From Hormiphora californensis (lineage: Eukaryota; Animalia; Ctenophora), in assembly GCA_020137815.1 (NCBI GenBank), contig CM035352.1, positions 1,922,001 through 1,986,000 of the forward strand: a stretch of 64,000 nt of DNA. Reading direction: 5' to 3'. Every line of letters begins with the position of its first letter. Positions within the stretch are counted from its first letter, which is position 1. This document shows, in pieces, positions 24,218 through 52,603 of this stretch. The notes beneath the pieces are model-generated. The model saw only the letters and a list, made by a program, of their open reading frames with translations, was not told the origin of the DNA and made no database searches. The position numbers and the translations under genes were made by a program.

Positions 24218-27200
24218 TCACCCTTTAATAACTGCAATTGGCCTCAGTTTAATGCACTTATCACTAATCCCCGCCCCATGACACGTAGTCAACAACGTCC
24301 GTTACATTTTTATAAGATTCAGGTGCCTCCTCCATAACTAGTTTGGGGAGAGGCAACTCTGATTGAGATTCCCTTCTGTTTGAGATTCTCAAGTACAGTG
24401 AGGTAGTCCAAGTTTCGACGGGATTTGGCCCGGGAATATGCCCGTCCCGCCCCGTGACAGGTAGTCCCGAATGTTCGTTGCATTCCCTTATCTGTTCCCG
24501 TTAAAACGTAGCTGCACGTTCCCATTGTACCTCCAATTAATACAGGCTGGCCTGAGAGGGGGAAAGGTGATAAAAGGAAAAAGAGGAAGTCTCCTGGTTT
24601 GGATTTCTTATTTTGACAACTCCCTCCTGGTCCTATTATTTGTTTTGTTCAAACTCGCGGGGAAGGAGTGTCGAAGTTCGAACAAGGCAACCTATTATAG
24701 TAGTAGTAGCAGGATGCCAGCCACTACTGCAATCCCTCTATACCTGTCAGTTGGTAGTCTACTGGGATAAGAGGATGGTTGGGTGGGAAGGCTCTTGTGG
24801 CCCCCTTCCGATGCAACATCAGGGTTTTCTGTCTCCCCTCCACCATATGCTGCTCAATCTGTAAAAATTAGTGAATTGGGACACAAAACTCATTCTGTTG
24901 AAAAATTAGGACACAAAACTCATTTTGTTGAAAAATTAGGACACAAAACTCAATCTGCGGGAGAAAATTAGGGCAAAAGACACAATGTGTAAAACAAAAT
25001 TAGGGCACTGATGACAGTGTTCAATTTTCATTTACCTTGGCGATGTTGTGTGAAACATCGTATATCATATGCATATCTAGATCATCTGGAGTACTATGGA
25101 ACAATTTCGCAAACGCTTGCCGGCACAAGAATGTCATGGAGCTTCGATTTACCCAGGCGTAGTTTGCCGCTGCGGCCATAGCCTGGTCGGGGGAGAAGGT
25201 TTAGGCAATTTTTAGGCACTGTGGAGAAAAAAGAGAGAACTGGGTCTACTACTGAGAAGGGTCTGCCAGCTATAAAGCGGATATTACAGAGAAGGAATCA
25301 AATACTTAAAACTACCTTCAAATAATTCTGCCCCTCTTCTGAGTTGATCCTGGCACACGCTAATTGCCTATCATTAACGACAATGTTATCTCGTCTCATC
25401 GCTCTCTCCATCTCTGTTAGTGCATCTGTTGCAACCTGATTATATATTTGTAGTGGTAGTGGTAGTGGTAGTGGTGATGGTAGTGGTAGTGGCAGTGGTA
25501 GTGGTAGTGGTATATTGTTGTTGGTGGGGGTACATATCTGGAGTTGGAGCCCTGCGAGATGTGGTGCGAGAAAAAAGTGGGAGAAAAAGAATTGGTACAT
25601 AATAAGGGGATCGGGAACAGTGGGGGACCGATCAAATACATTACATTACAGATACATACCATATTAAAAAGCATTATATACCTGATGACCGAGACCACGA
25701 CTTCCACAGTGAATCATTACACAGACCTGTCCCACCTCATCTATCCCCATCCTTCTTGCTGCCTGCTTGTTAAAGATCTCATCCACCACCTGTTGCAGAT
25801 TAGATAATTGTTAGATCAGATAAGTGTTAGAGTTCGAAAAGGTATTAAAATTCCTGGACTAAGACCGACTTAAAATTCTGTTGCAGGGGAGGTTAGAGAT
25901 TCGATCAGATAGATAGTGTTAGACTGTTTTAGACTGTTAGAGTTAGAGATAATAAGAATAGAGATGGTAAAACAAATTCCTGGGTTGTGCAGGGGAGGTT
26001 AGAAACTAGATAACACTGGGTTGTGGAAACTGCAACACCAGTCATTAGTCAAGTTAAAATTCAAGAAAGGCACCCGTACCTGTATTTCTGCGTAATGATT
26101 TCCCGCGCCCAGGGTACCCAGCTGGGGTAGACCCCTCTTCTTGGCTCTGGCTGATACTTTAGTGGGGTCTGCCTGCAACATCCTCCCATACTCTTCACAG
26201 TGTTCCTTGTCCTCTGTGCAGACATGGTTTGCGTTAGTTTCAAGTGAAAGTGAAACCAATCATTGCGTTAGTTTCAAGAGAAAGTGAAACCAATTTCGGT
26301 CTGGTTGGATTCCACCAAATCACCTGAACCAGACTAGAAACTAGAAAGTTGGTTTAACTATCACTATCACTTGGGCAGGATATGATAAAGTGAAAGTGAA
26401 ACCAATCAAGAACCCCAAAATATTTACCGCTTACCAGCCCAGACTTACCTGCCCAGATGTACCCCTCCCGGAGGGACCAGTCCATTCCCATTTCAAGAGC
26501 TTCCTCCAGATCCCGAGCAGACATGGGTATCATACCCTTGGAACCAACACCTGCGTAGAGAGAGAGAGAGAGGGAGGGAGTGAGAGAGAGGTGAGAGAGG
26601 GGGGGGGGTGAAAGAGAGAGAGGGGTGAAAAGGAGAAAGTGTGTGATAGGGAGAGTGAGAGAAAGTGACGTGAGAGAGTTTGCTCTGCCGCACCCTCACA
26701 GATAAGAGCGCATTTTATGAACGCAGTGTGAGCAACACAAGAGAGAGAAAGTGTGAGAGACAACGGGAGCGAGAGAGATAATTCTGTTAAAATAACAACG
26801 CTGCGGCTCATTTCTAAAGCGTTTCATTTGAGTGTACAGCGTTTGTTGCTTGAGAAGGACCCCTCATTTCCACTATGCTGGTCCCTTGGCTAATTCGGCT
26901 AGCTCAGTTTATTGTCAACCTCATTTTCCCTCCACCTACTCCCTCTGACCGGACCACGGCGGTTGTAACATGCTACGAGGTCCTCTACTGGTGTCGTCCA
27001 CCAATAAACTGGGGGGTCAACAACCCCTCGCTGTACCTCCGGAAATACACCCACACCCGTACTGATGTGGAACAATGGCTAAACAGGGATGATGTTCACT
27101 TGTTTTGTGTAACTGATACGAGTTTTGTGTTCGCTAGAACAACTCCAGGAATCAATATCCACGATGTTTCAGAGTTTCCGTTCCTGTACCGTGCGAAACA

Positions 27201-28973
27201 GGCCCACACAATTGAGCTGGGTGAAATATCTATTGGTTTAGCTTTGGATATAGCAGAGAATAGAACTGATACGGGATCAAATATTGGCTTTATCCACAAT
27301 TTGGGGAGGTGCGGGTCCACCCTGGTGGCGCACATGATTCACAAGACAGGACAGTGCCAGGTTCTAGCTGAACCAGGGGCCCTTTTGGATATATCCGGGA
27401 GAATCGTGAGAGATCGGACATTGGCTGAGGATCCATTAACTGTGGCTATGCTACGAGCATCTCTCCTTTTCCTGGCTAAATCACCCAACACAAAGTACTT
27501 CATTAAACCCCATTTTGTAATCACTGGTATACTACCTCTGATTAAAAAAGCACTTCCGGAGTGTCGAGAGGCGTTCCTGTATCGTGCACTCAAACCAATG
27601 GCATTTTCTTCAAAAGTTGCATTTCAGTTGGATATGCCATTATCGGTTTTAAAGCAGTTTTCAGTTATGGCATCGTTCTTTACTAAGGAGGATTTGAAGG
27701 AAATGGAGGCTGACGGGGTAGATTCCGTCTGGAAGATGGTGCTTTACATTTTTCTACTCCGGACTTATAATGTAATCCAGGAAACCACCGCTAGATGTAA
27801 CACTGTAGACAACTTTCCGTTTTACAGCTATGAGTCTCTGCTTGCCAACCCTAAGGGTTTTGTAACCCACCTCTTAGTACACTTGGGTCTTGGATCACAA
27901 GGCGTGGACCTGGCTTTGACGGCAATGGATGTGGACAGTCAGAGCAATAGTGAGTTGAGTCGAAAGAAACTAAAAAATAAAATGAAGGGTAAACTCGAGT
28001 TAGACAGCAAAACTGTGGATTTTGCTAGGATGATAGCGATGGAGAAGTTTGGTATTAAATTGGAGGGGGATGATCTAAAAATGACGAACCTGCCCAACCA
28101 GTGGGTCAGTGACTGAAAGTTAAATAAATCTAATGAACAAAAGAACTTACAGGAGTCTTTATTGTTTGATACTGAAACGAAACATCTATCTGTACTATGT
28201 ATGATTTATATATTGCTTGCTACAAACATAACGTTTAATAAGTTTTGAGATAACTTAGGGGCGAATCTCTCATGAAAAGATGTGATTGACTCACTTATAT
28301 TTGGTGTACACCATCGTGTTAGAGAAAGTGGACACCGTTCCTAATACAATAATTATGAACGTGGTTACTACCTATCCCCCACATATAGAAATGGGTGCTT
28401 TACAATTACTGGAGGACGGAGGATGTACCTACCTACAGGAATGTGATCGAAGAGTGTCTGTGTGAGTTGTTCCTTTACTGGAGCGATATCTCCCTCAAAC
28501 AGATTGGTTCTCAGCAGCCTCACACCACAATTAATATCAAACCCAACCCCACCAGGCGATATCACCGCCTCTGGGTTATCCATATCAAAGGCAGCCATGT
28601 TACCAATTGCAAACCCATAACCAGAGTGAACGTCAGGTAGAGCAATGGAGCGTTTTACAATCCCAGGTAGGGCAGCAACGTTGGCAATTTGCTTGACAGC
28701 GGGAAGAAATCCACCGACACCTAGGGAGCGAGAAGTATTCATATCATTAGCAATGTAATGAAAAATTAGAATTCATCTTCAGCTTTGTTAGCAAATGAAC
28801 TTACTTCCTTTGCTGTGAATCCTAAGCTCATCAAACATTAGATGCTGCAGTCGACTGTTTGCATAAAATTCTCCTTCTACCTGCATGTTCGGTTGGAATT
28901 CCTTTTTGATCCTAAAACAATAATCATCCACCCGCTCAATATACTTCAATTCCTCCTGGTATGTTCTTGGCAT
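24218..28973 (-). CDS. RTCB: tRNA-splicing ligase RtcB, multi-exon
   Basis: [73 protein letters not shown], ending AVIKG-stop at 24218-24220. One indel at ~24345. Confidence 0.97.
26875..28116 (+). CDS. Single-exon P-loop sulfotransferase-like protein nested antisense in an RTCB intron
   Basis: 413 aa; 5'-PSB-like [11 protein letters not shown], later EP, FLYRA...S (3'-PB-like) and YESL motifs. Confidence 0.75.
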   Translation: MLVPWLIRLAQFIVNLIFPPPTPSDRTTAVVTCYEVLYWCRPPINWGVNNPSLYLRKYTHTRTDVEQWLNRDDVHLFCVTDTSFVFARTTPGINIHDVSEFPFLYRAKQAHTIELGEISIGLALDIAENRTDTGSNIGFIHNLGRCGSTLVAHMIHKTGQCQVLAEPGALLDISGRIVRDRTLAEDPLTVAMLRASLLFLAKSPNTKYFIKPHFVITGILPLIKKALPECREAFLYRALKPMAFSSKVAFQLDMPLSVLKQFSVMASFFTKEDLKEMEADGVDSVWKMVLYIFLLRTYNVIQETTARCNTVDNFPFYSYESLLANPKGFVTHLLVHLGLGSQGVDLALTAMDVDSQSNSELSRKKLKNKMKGKLELDSKTVDFARMIAMEKFGIKLEGDDLKMTNLPNQWVSD

Positions 28974-29161
28974 CTTGCTAAAAACAGATATAAATTTGAA
29001 TCATTCATCAAACCGCAAACCATGGCTTTCACTTTGCAGTAGGGATACTAGCATACATGCAAAATCGTTCATTACGAGAGTCGGTGATTGGTCGAATAAT
29101 AAAGAACCTCGGAAATGTTCACCGTGTGATCTCAGGAACCAGTTACAGAACGCTGACAGGA

Positions 29162-29507
29162 TCCTGATGGGAGGGTTGACACTGCCCGCTGTGCAACTCT
29201 CTATTCAGTTTAGATGGAAATTTGTGTCACGTGATCAGAGGTGACGCACAGCGTGGTTCATCACCGGATTCTCCCATCTAGAACGGAGCACCTGGTGTCA
29301 GGGTCCAAAAGTTCTACGCATGCGGGGCCGGATCTGTGCTCAGCGTCAAGCGTGTCCCTGTGGCCTGTACGTCCGGGGACAGAGGCGGGAGCCACGGTCA
29401 GGCGGCCCGGGGTGGGCGGAGCCTCCACGGGAAAGGACGGAAGACCAGTCACCAGGGGTGGCAAATGCTACTGACCGGGATAAGGCAGTGCTTTTCAACC
29501 ATCAGGA
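29162..29507 (+). ncRNA. Candidate structured non-coding RNA of unknown class
   Basis: End-to-end pairing plus several internal helices and a possible pseudoknot (see findings). G-U pairs favour the + strand. Confidence 0.45.
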
Positions 29508-29995
29508 CCAGGTGACCTAGTCACCATGACTTGATGACCAGGGCCTGAAGCCAGCCAAAAGTGGCCAGCGTTAAAATCTGGGTGTTTTGGGAGTGCTGAC
29601 AAACGGTTTTTTAGGGTTAGGGCTAAAGTGGGGTTAGAGTTTGGGTTGGGGTTAGGCCTTGACATTCCCAACCAGATAAACTTTGAATCAGCCAAAACGG
29701 TTGAGTGGTTTGACGGTTAGAGCCGTTTTTGGCAGCGCGCACCTGTAAACAGGCCTCCAAACACCCAGATCGTAACGGCACCCGCCAAAAGGGAAAACGT
29801 TAAAATCTGGGTGCCTTTCATTGCTAACAATTCGTAGTTTTGGCGCGCGCGACGGGCTATCCGTTAGGGTCTGGTTAGGGTTTGGTTTGGGGTTATCGGT
29901 TAGGGCTATCGATTCTCTAACTGATACCGTTTAGTTTACTCAAATCGGCCATGTGGTTCCATTGCCGTTTGAAAAAAGTCGGTCTAAGTATACTC

Positions 29996-30158
29996 TTTTG
30001 GTAGCGCGCACCTGTAAACAGGCTGCAAGGCACCCAGATTATAATCACGCCCCGCCAAAAGTTGGTCGTGACGAGTTTTTTAACGAGATCCCGCCGAAAA
30101 CGGGCGCGATTATAATCTGGGTGCCTTGCAGCCTGTTTACAGGTGCGCGCTACCAAAA
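29996..30158. repeat. Palindrome with ~55-bp arms (MITE-like)
   Basis: TTTTGGTAGCGCGCACCTGTAAACAGGCTGCAAGGCACCCAGATTATAATC ... GATTATAATCTGGGTGCCTTGCAGCCTGTTTACAGGTGCGCGCTACCAAAA. Confidence 0.9.
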
Positions 30159-30657
30159 TTGTTGTCTGGTCTGGGATCCGTCAAAGTCTGGGGACATCAA
30201 GTCAATTGAGAACGTCCAAAGGTGTTTTACTAGAAGACTTGATGGAATGCAGAATCTCGACTATTGGGAGAGATTAAAAGTTCTCAACCTGATGTCTCTT
30301 CAACGTAGGAGACAACGTTACATGTTGATACATGTGTGGAAGACGATCCATGGGTTTGTTCCGAATTCTGCAAATCTTGTGTTCCAACACAGTGCAAGGC
30401 TGGGTATGAGGTTAGTCCCACCAGTGTTTCCATATCGGGCTGAGACCTGGAGAGCGAATCAGTACCATTCTTCCTTCGGACCGAGAGCTGCTCACCTGTG
30501 GAACAGGTTGCCAGCGGCCGTTAACTCTTGCGGAAGCTTAGGTCAATTCAAATCATCCCTGGGCAATTACTTGACAGGCTTTTATGACCGTCCCCCTGTC
30601 AGAGGCTATCCATCACTTCCCAATGATATTTCCCCTCAATGTGCTGTTCATGTATGA
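30159..30657 (+). mobile_element. 5'-truncated non-LTR retrotransposon (CR1/L2-group) ORF2 C-terminal fragment
   Basis: CCLVWDP...DIKSIENVQRCFTR...LDYWERLKVLNLMSLQRRR...LWNRLP...FKSSL is the post-RT region typical of CR1/L2-like LINEs. Confidence 0.88.
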
Positions 30658-30723
30658 GAGTGGCTGAGAGGTGATACGTGTTTAATTTATTTAGGTGGAC
30701 CCACTAAGGGAAGGCCTGTTGTG

Positions 30724-30879
30724 TAAAGTCCATTTTTTTTCAACTGTTCACCCCCCAAAGTCGTGCGCGGAATTGTTTTGCGCGTTTATCACATGTTAAC
30801 GTGTAGCGCGCGCAGCATAAATTAAAATATCGCACGCGCATGAGTTGAGGGGTGAACAGTTGAATAAAAATGGACTTTA
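30724..30879. mobile_element. MITE (family A), second copy
   Basis: [34 protein letters not shown] / GGGGTGAACAGTTGAATAAAAATGGACTTTA. Shares the core CGTGCGCGGAA...ATCACATGTTAACGTGT with 17554-17708. Confidence 0.85.
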
Positions 30880-31420
30880 CACTAAAACTTTTATTGTAAA
30901 CTTGTAACTTGTAAACAAAAGAGTATACTTAGACCGACTTTTTTCAAACGGCTATAGCCATGGAACCACATGGCCGATTTGAGTAAACTAAACGGTATCA
31001 GTTAGAGAATCGATAGCCCTAACCGATAACCCCAAACCAAACCCTAACCAGACCCTAACGGATAGCCCTAACCCGTCGCGCGCGCAAAAACTACGAATTG
31101 TTAGCAATGAAAGGCACCCAGATTTTAACGTTTTCCGCCGAAAACGAACGTCGGATCGCGTCGTGTGAACGCAGCCGCGCGGCAGAGTTCATACGAATAA
31201 ATTCGCGCGTTACATTTATTTATCTTCTCCGCCGCTAAAATGTGCAGTGTTTTAAGAAAGTTTATTTCGATTTCCGCTTTTTTGTTTCTGTTGCGTTTCT
31301 CCTCGCACGTGTTTTGAAACACGACTGTCCTCCTCTGCCGATGCCAAGTTCTGTGGCCCTTAACTGTGGTAGGAGGACCTAAAATATATATATAACTTCT
31401 TCCAGTACTCCCTTCGGTAC

Positions 31421-47469
<16,049 letters not shown>

Positions 47470-47774
47470 TAGTAGGGAGAGATGATTAACTTTATTTTTA
47501 GACAAATTAAAAATGTTTTTATGTTGAATAATGCATATGATATCCTATACTCCTTTATTTTACTCCGCCATATTCAGAGTATTTTTGGTATTCCGTCTAA
47601 AAAGTCTTGGTTCATAGTGTGGTAAATCAAGAATATGTGTTCTATACAAAATATACACTGTTAATTACATGGTAAAACATCTGACCGGCAGATGCACTCC
47701 CTCAAGCTCTGTATGGCGGCGCCATACCCCATTTGATTCTCAAATCGACAGTGCGCTTTTCTCACAATAATATC

Positions 47775-48302
47775 TCAATATCTAGCACAAAACCATTTCA
47801 GATCGGGTGGCAGTAGCCGAACAGTTACCGCAGTTACATGACTACATTGGCACATAAACGCCCTTGCATCCCTTTTCTTTTCCAATAACGATTTAACTCT
47901 CTCAAAATCTGGATAATTGTTCCGCAAAAATAAATAATCAACCTCACTTTTCCAACTATACCCATCAAAAACAACAACGGCACAGTCACATTTTGAGCAC
48001 CTCATATTAGGGCATGATCTGTGTGAAATTGGTCCAATTTTCAGGGATGCACACTTTGAGGCGCACTTGGAGTAAGGGCCACTAGCGGTGTTGTTCGTAA
48101 TAGTTGGAGTTGATTTTGAACCCCTAAACGGTGACGTGAGATCGGGATCATTGAGAATGGAGTCAATTTCACTGTCCTGCTCAGTTACACATTGTGTAGA
48201 AGATCTGCTGGAATTAGTTCTCTTGTTCTTCTTTTCTTCTACCGCACAATCCGCTACAAAATCATCGAGGTTGTCCAGAAACGTATCGAGATCATCTGAC
48301 AT
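47775..48302 (-). CDS. CFAP418: CFAP418 / C8orf37 ciliary protein
   Basis: MSDDLD N-terminus; C-terminal CPNMRCSKCDCAVVVFDGYSWKSEVDYLFLRNNYPDF...RAFMCQCS...LKWFC (RMP domain). Confidence 0.92.
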   Translation of the reverse strand: MSDDLDTFLDNLDDFVADCAVEEKKNKRTNSSRSSTQCVTEQDSEIDSILNDPDLTSPFRGSKSTPTITNNTASGPYSKCASKCASLKIGPISHRSCPNMRCSKCDCAVVVFDGYSWKSEVDYLFLRNNYPDFERVKSLLEKKRDARAFMCQCSHVTAVTVRLLPPDLKWFCARY

Positions 48303-48602
48303 TATTCCTAGAGAGGCACGAGTGGGGTTAGAGGCCGAGCAGACAATAATTCGTGGGAGTTATCGGGGGAGGGATTTGTAAATTGGATATTGGGAAGACA
48401 CCAATATACAAAAGCAAATGTACATTGTACAATTTGAATTTGGTGTATTCCGCGCGCAATTGTACTTTTGCGCGGGGGTAAGTGTACTTTCAATACAGCT
48501 GAGTTGGTTAAAACGAGTAATAGCGCACAAAAGTGTGCATGTCAAACAAAATCGCATGGTTACTCATATCTGTGCTGACATCAGCTGCAGCAGGACAGGT
48601 GG

Positions 48603-48637
<35 letters not shown>

Positions 48638-48670
48638 AGTTTCTTGAATAAAATATAGATACACAAGCTC

Positions 48671-50160
48671 CTACAGTAGACCTTGCCGCTTCAAATCATT
48701 GAACACCTTCCTACTAACAACGTTTCCATGGCTGTCCTCGAATTCCTCTTCGTACTCCTTCTGGAATTTCTCCTTATTCTTCTCTGCCCTGATCTTCTCC
48801 CAGAGCGCCCTGGCATCCTCGATCAGCGTTACATTAGCAAAGTGAGCAGTGTTAGGAATATTAAGACACCTCATACCATGAGCATGCCTCCACTCCGCAA
48901 AATGCCTCTGGAACGCTTTTGGTCCTCTGTACTTAAAGTTACCACAGATCTCACAGTTAAAGTAGAGGTTAAGTCCGTGGAGTTTGTACAACCAGTATGG
49001 GATTGGTTTGCCGTCCCAGCCGAGAGGTAGGTTCTTTGGATTGTACGGGATGACATCCTCATCGTCTTCTTCTTCCTCTCCTCCCTCACTATCATCATCA
49101 TCATCAACTTCATCTGCAGTCCTGGCCTGCCTTCTCTCAACGTTCTCTCTCGTTGCGGCCCGCTGCTCACTCAACAACTCGGTGTAGTGATACACAAAGG
49201 CCTCCAAGAGAGCAATCTCCCTCTGCCTCACGCTCTCCTCTCTGCTCTTTTTACTCTTTGCGTATACGCTCGGGTCAAGGTCATTTACATCGCGTCCCTT
49301 GGTTGAGAAAAGTCGTTGCGCTCGTTCCATTAGGGTTCCACCACACTTCAAGTTGAGAGCCTGGAGGGCAGTTTTGAGACGATCCAACCCAAGGGAAGCC
49401 AACTCTTCGGGCGAATCAAAGGGGGCGAGGTCGAGGGTGTTACCTGTCTTCATAGCACTTGTGGGATCCCGACCCCACCCTGGGAAGGTTCCTTTCTCCC
49501 ATTTCTCATCAAAATCCTCAGCAATCCTTTCTTTCTCCTTAGAAAAGTTCATCAGCGGGTTGATTCTTTCCATAAACCGATCAAATAATCACGGAGAGTA
49601 GAGAGGTATTTCCTGTAATCACTGGTCAACTTCTTCTCTTTTGGGAACTCGAAAAACCTATCAAAACTGGTCAGATAGGTAAGGTAATCGATCTTGTTTG
49701 AATGCTTCAGATTAACAAACTGGTCATATGCCTCGTGGAGATCCAAATACCTCCCATATCCCTCCTCATCAGTAAACTCGGCCCACTCCTCATTATCATC
49801 AGGATTCTCTCTCTGCTCCTTCATCTCCAGAAACTCCATGACCATGGGTGCAGCAACCTCATCCCCTCCCTTATGCAACTCCTTTATCCTCCTCAACCTG
49901 TTATAAAACTCCTGAAACTCATTCAGCCCTCCAATCACCGCGATCTCCTCCTGTCGACTGCCGTCCTTGTCCTGGTAGGTCCGGACCATGTTGTCCGTGG
50001 TCTCGTGTAGACGGTTGAAGAGATACGCCGCACGGTGTTCCGAGTTGATGTGCTCCTTGTGGGAGGTGGGCTTGTGGAGCTTTTCAGCAACGAGGGCATC
50101 TTGTAACCGCTCGTACTCCTCATGGTAGTGACGTTGCTGCTCTAGCACTGACGTTGCCAT
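48671..50160 (-). CDS. SF3A3: Splicing factor 3A subunit 3 (PRP9), intronless, one frameshift at ~49570
   Basis: LEQQRHYHEEYERL, FTDEEGYGRYLDLH, YNPKNLPLGWDGKPIPYWLYKLHGL, CEICGN...FQRHFAEWRHAHGMRCL, ending DLKRQGLL. Confidence 0.98.
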
Positions 50161-50405
50161 GGTGAAGCTGAAATAGGGAGAGCTGTGTTAGGAGAGAGAG
50201 AGGGGGGAAGGGAGTTGTGTTAGGAGAGAGGGAATTAGAAGGGAACAAGATAACAGATTCGGTCAATTGGCTGGCATGGTTTTCGGGTAGGAGGATGGAG
50301 AGGAACATAGTCAGGTTAATAAAACTCGATCTATTCAATAATAACGTTTGTTCATCATTAACGGAATAGGAAACAGTTGTTTATAAAAATATAGACTCTA
50401 GAAAA

Positions 50406-52460
50406 TTACCAAAACTTGTCAGTTTGAAATAAATTACACCGTCCCTCCAATACAACTGCTGCACATGTCAGCTCTCTGCCGACACACTGTCCCAATTCCT
50501 CCTCTAACACAACTTCAGTGCCACCCAGCACCTGCCTTATATTGGACCCTGGAACACTAATCGTTACTCCTGACTTCCCCCTCACACTGTACCTCCTAGT
50601 AGTGCTATCATACCGGACTGCTGTTACAGTCAGGGTTACAGAACAGGGCGATAGCAGGGGGAGGAACTGGTTGTAGTTGGGTGGTGTAGGGACACTATAC
50701 GATCCCAGGAGGGAGTGTTCCTCGTCTGTTAGGGTAGTATATAACTCACCAAACACCACGCTCCCCTCAGGGAGAGAGTTGAGGATCTGTGACATAGGTC
50801 CATGGTGTAACAGTTAGTATGGGTTGGTGTCACAGAGAGGAATCTGGTAGCAAGGGATGAGAAGGAGTGGGTAGTTGTGTGTTGCACCCAGTGGACGGCT
50901 CCTGATGTTGTTAGAATGTAGGTCACATGGCGGTCAGGTTTCAGTTGGATAGTAGCCAATACACGACCGAGCAGGTCAGATCTCCGGGAAATTACCGGTG
51001 AAATTAGGGATTTATCAGGCATTAGATCTCCACTCAATTTAATGGACCCCTTGGATTCCATCTCATAACAGTACACCTTTCCTTTACAACCCCTAACCAG
51101 GACCTTGAGCTGTGGAAACCAGGGAAGGAGCCGGAAAGCGGGCGATATCTGTACGAGTGCCAGGGATTCAAAGAGACATGAGACGCCATGACACAGTGAA
51201 ATCTGTCCCAGTTCTCTCTGGCCGTTCTAACTTCCACCTCAACTACAACAATATTCCCCTGGACATCAGCACACATAAATTGCACGTGAGTATCTGTGAG
51301 CTGCACGTGATATACACACATGTAAACATTTGCACGTGCACGAGGAAGGTTAGGTACTGGGAGGTACGTGGGTTCTGGGGTTTCAATCTGGCTTGCCCCT
51401 GGAGTTGATTGGGTGGCCTGCGGGGTCAAATTCTCGGATCGCCCCTCAAAATGATCAACACTTTCCAAAGCAGAGAAATTGTGGGATGTAGATTTGAAGA
51501 ATTGGGCATGAAACAGGGATAGAATTACACGGTGTCCATGTTTGAAGAAACATTTGAAATTGAAACACGACCAGAACCCCCTCCCTTTCGCCTAATTTCT
51601 GCTCCTCAGGAACCAAAACCCTCACAACATGACCCTTCTTGTCGATCGTTGTTACACTTACCATCCCACCGACCCTTGTCACCTCTCCCCTCACTCTCCC
51701 GTAATAGCAGTCCCCGGTGAAGGGAGGGATATATGCCGTGGCAATGTTCTTGTGCAGCCACATTAGTTGATACTCCCCGGTGGTAAATCTGGCCTGAGTT
51801 TGGGCCCGATGTGCAAGTGAGCCAGCCTCGTACCGTTTTGTTTTGTCCTTTCGTTTACCCAGAGTCGGGGAAGCCTTTTTCTTCGGAGATTTGAGGCTTT
51901 CTAGCCAGGAGGAAGCTGATTTTCTTGTGGATGGGGTTCCGAGCACACTTGGAGTCGGTCCAGGATGTCCGCGGACTGGGAGGACAGGAGGAAGCTGGCT
52001 TGGTAGGAAAGAAATCAGAAAATTTATCAGAAACTTTGCTGTTTTTATTATTATCTGTTGTTACTCTTGAATCACTAACACGTTGACTCACTATCTGTAG
52101 AGTTGCAAGATGCCCCACTACTGGGGGTTTCCTTTCTACTTTCTGCGGTAGAGGAACAGGCGATGGTGGTGAGGGAGGGATGGAGGAATCAGAGGACTCA
52201 AAAGAGTCAATTACCGTTGGGGAAGGTTGGAAATCAGGAAGAATGTTAACAACTCTCCTGCTGCCGGGAACACAGCGTAACTTCTTATTGCATGGTGATT
52301 TCCGGGTCCGTGCATTCTTAGTCGGGGGCCTGTTCTCCTCGTCTCCCGAAGAAGACGATTCAAAGGAGTCAATAACATCATTTTGGGAAACTGATGGGGC
52401 ATTAAAACTATTTTCTATCAGTGTCCGCGATCTTTTCCGGGAACGAGTTATTGTTTCCAT
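50406..52460 (-). CDS. Probable SPIDR-like (DNA-repair scaffolding / OB-fold) protein, intronless, about 4 frameshifts
   Basis: Five abutting ORFs in shifting frames give ~680 aa. Disordered S/P-rich N-terminus, then GSLAHRAQ...LMWLHK and SCPILQ segments resembling the SPIDR/DUF4502 region, then beta-rich OB-like segments. Confidence 0.55.
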
Positions 52461-52603
52461 TAGTGTTCGGGAGTTTTTGAATTGACGCAGGAAAACTCTT
52501 ATTTCTGACGGGTTGAATAACTGCAGGGGTCAGCTGGGTAATTTGAGTGGATTGTCTTTGTTTTAGATGACTTGAAGTCGGGGTGGGTTGTTGATTTGAA
52601 GAA

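Larger units (their letters stand above)
29793..31135. mobile_element. Composite foldback structure with ~205-bp inverted arms enclosing a palindrome, a LINE fragment and a MITE
   Basis: 29793-30000 is the reverse complement of ~30916-31135, with small indels. The arms contain GGTTAGGG-like motifs. Confidence 0.8.

Noticed and set aside
29162-29507. Telomerase RNA, SRP RNA or RNase P/MRP identity for the structured segment
   Set aside because: No CCCUAA template, no SRP helix-8 motif, and no convincing CR-I/CR-V pair on either strand.
29610-29905. Interstitial telomere
   Set aside because: Only scattered, degenerate GGTTAGGG motifs inside transposon-like arms; no true (TTAGGG)n tract.
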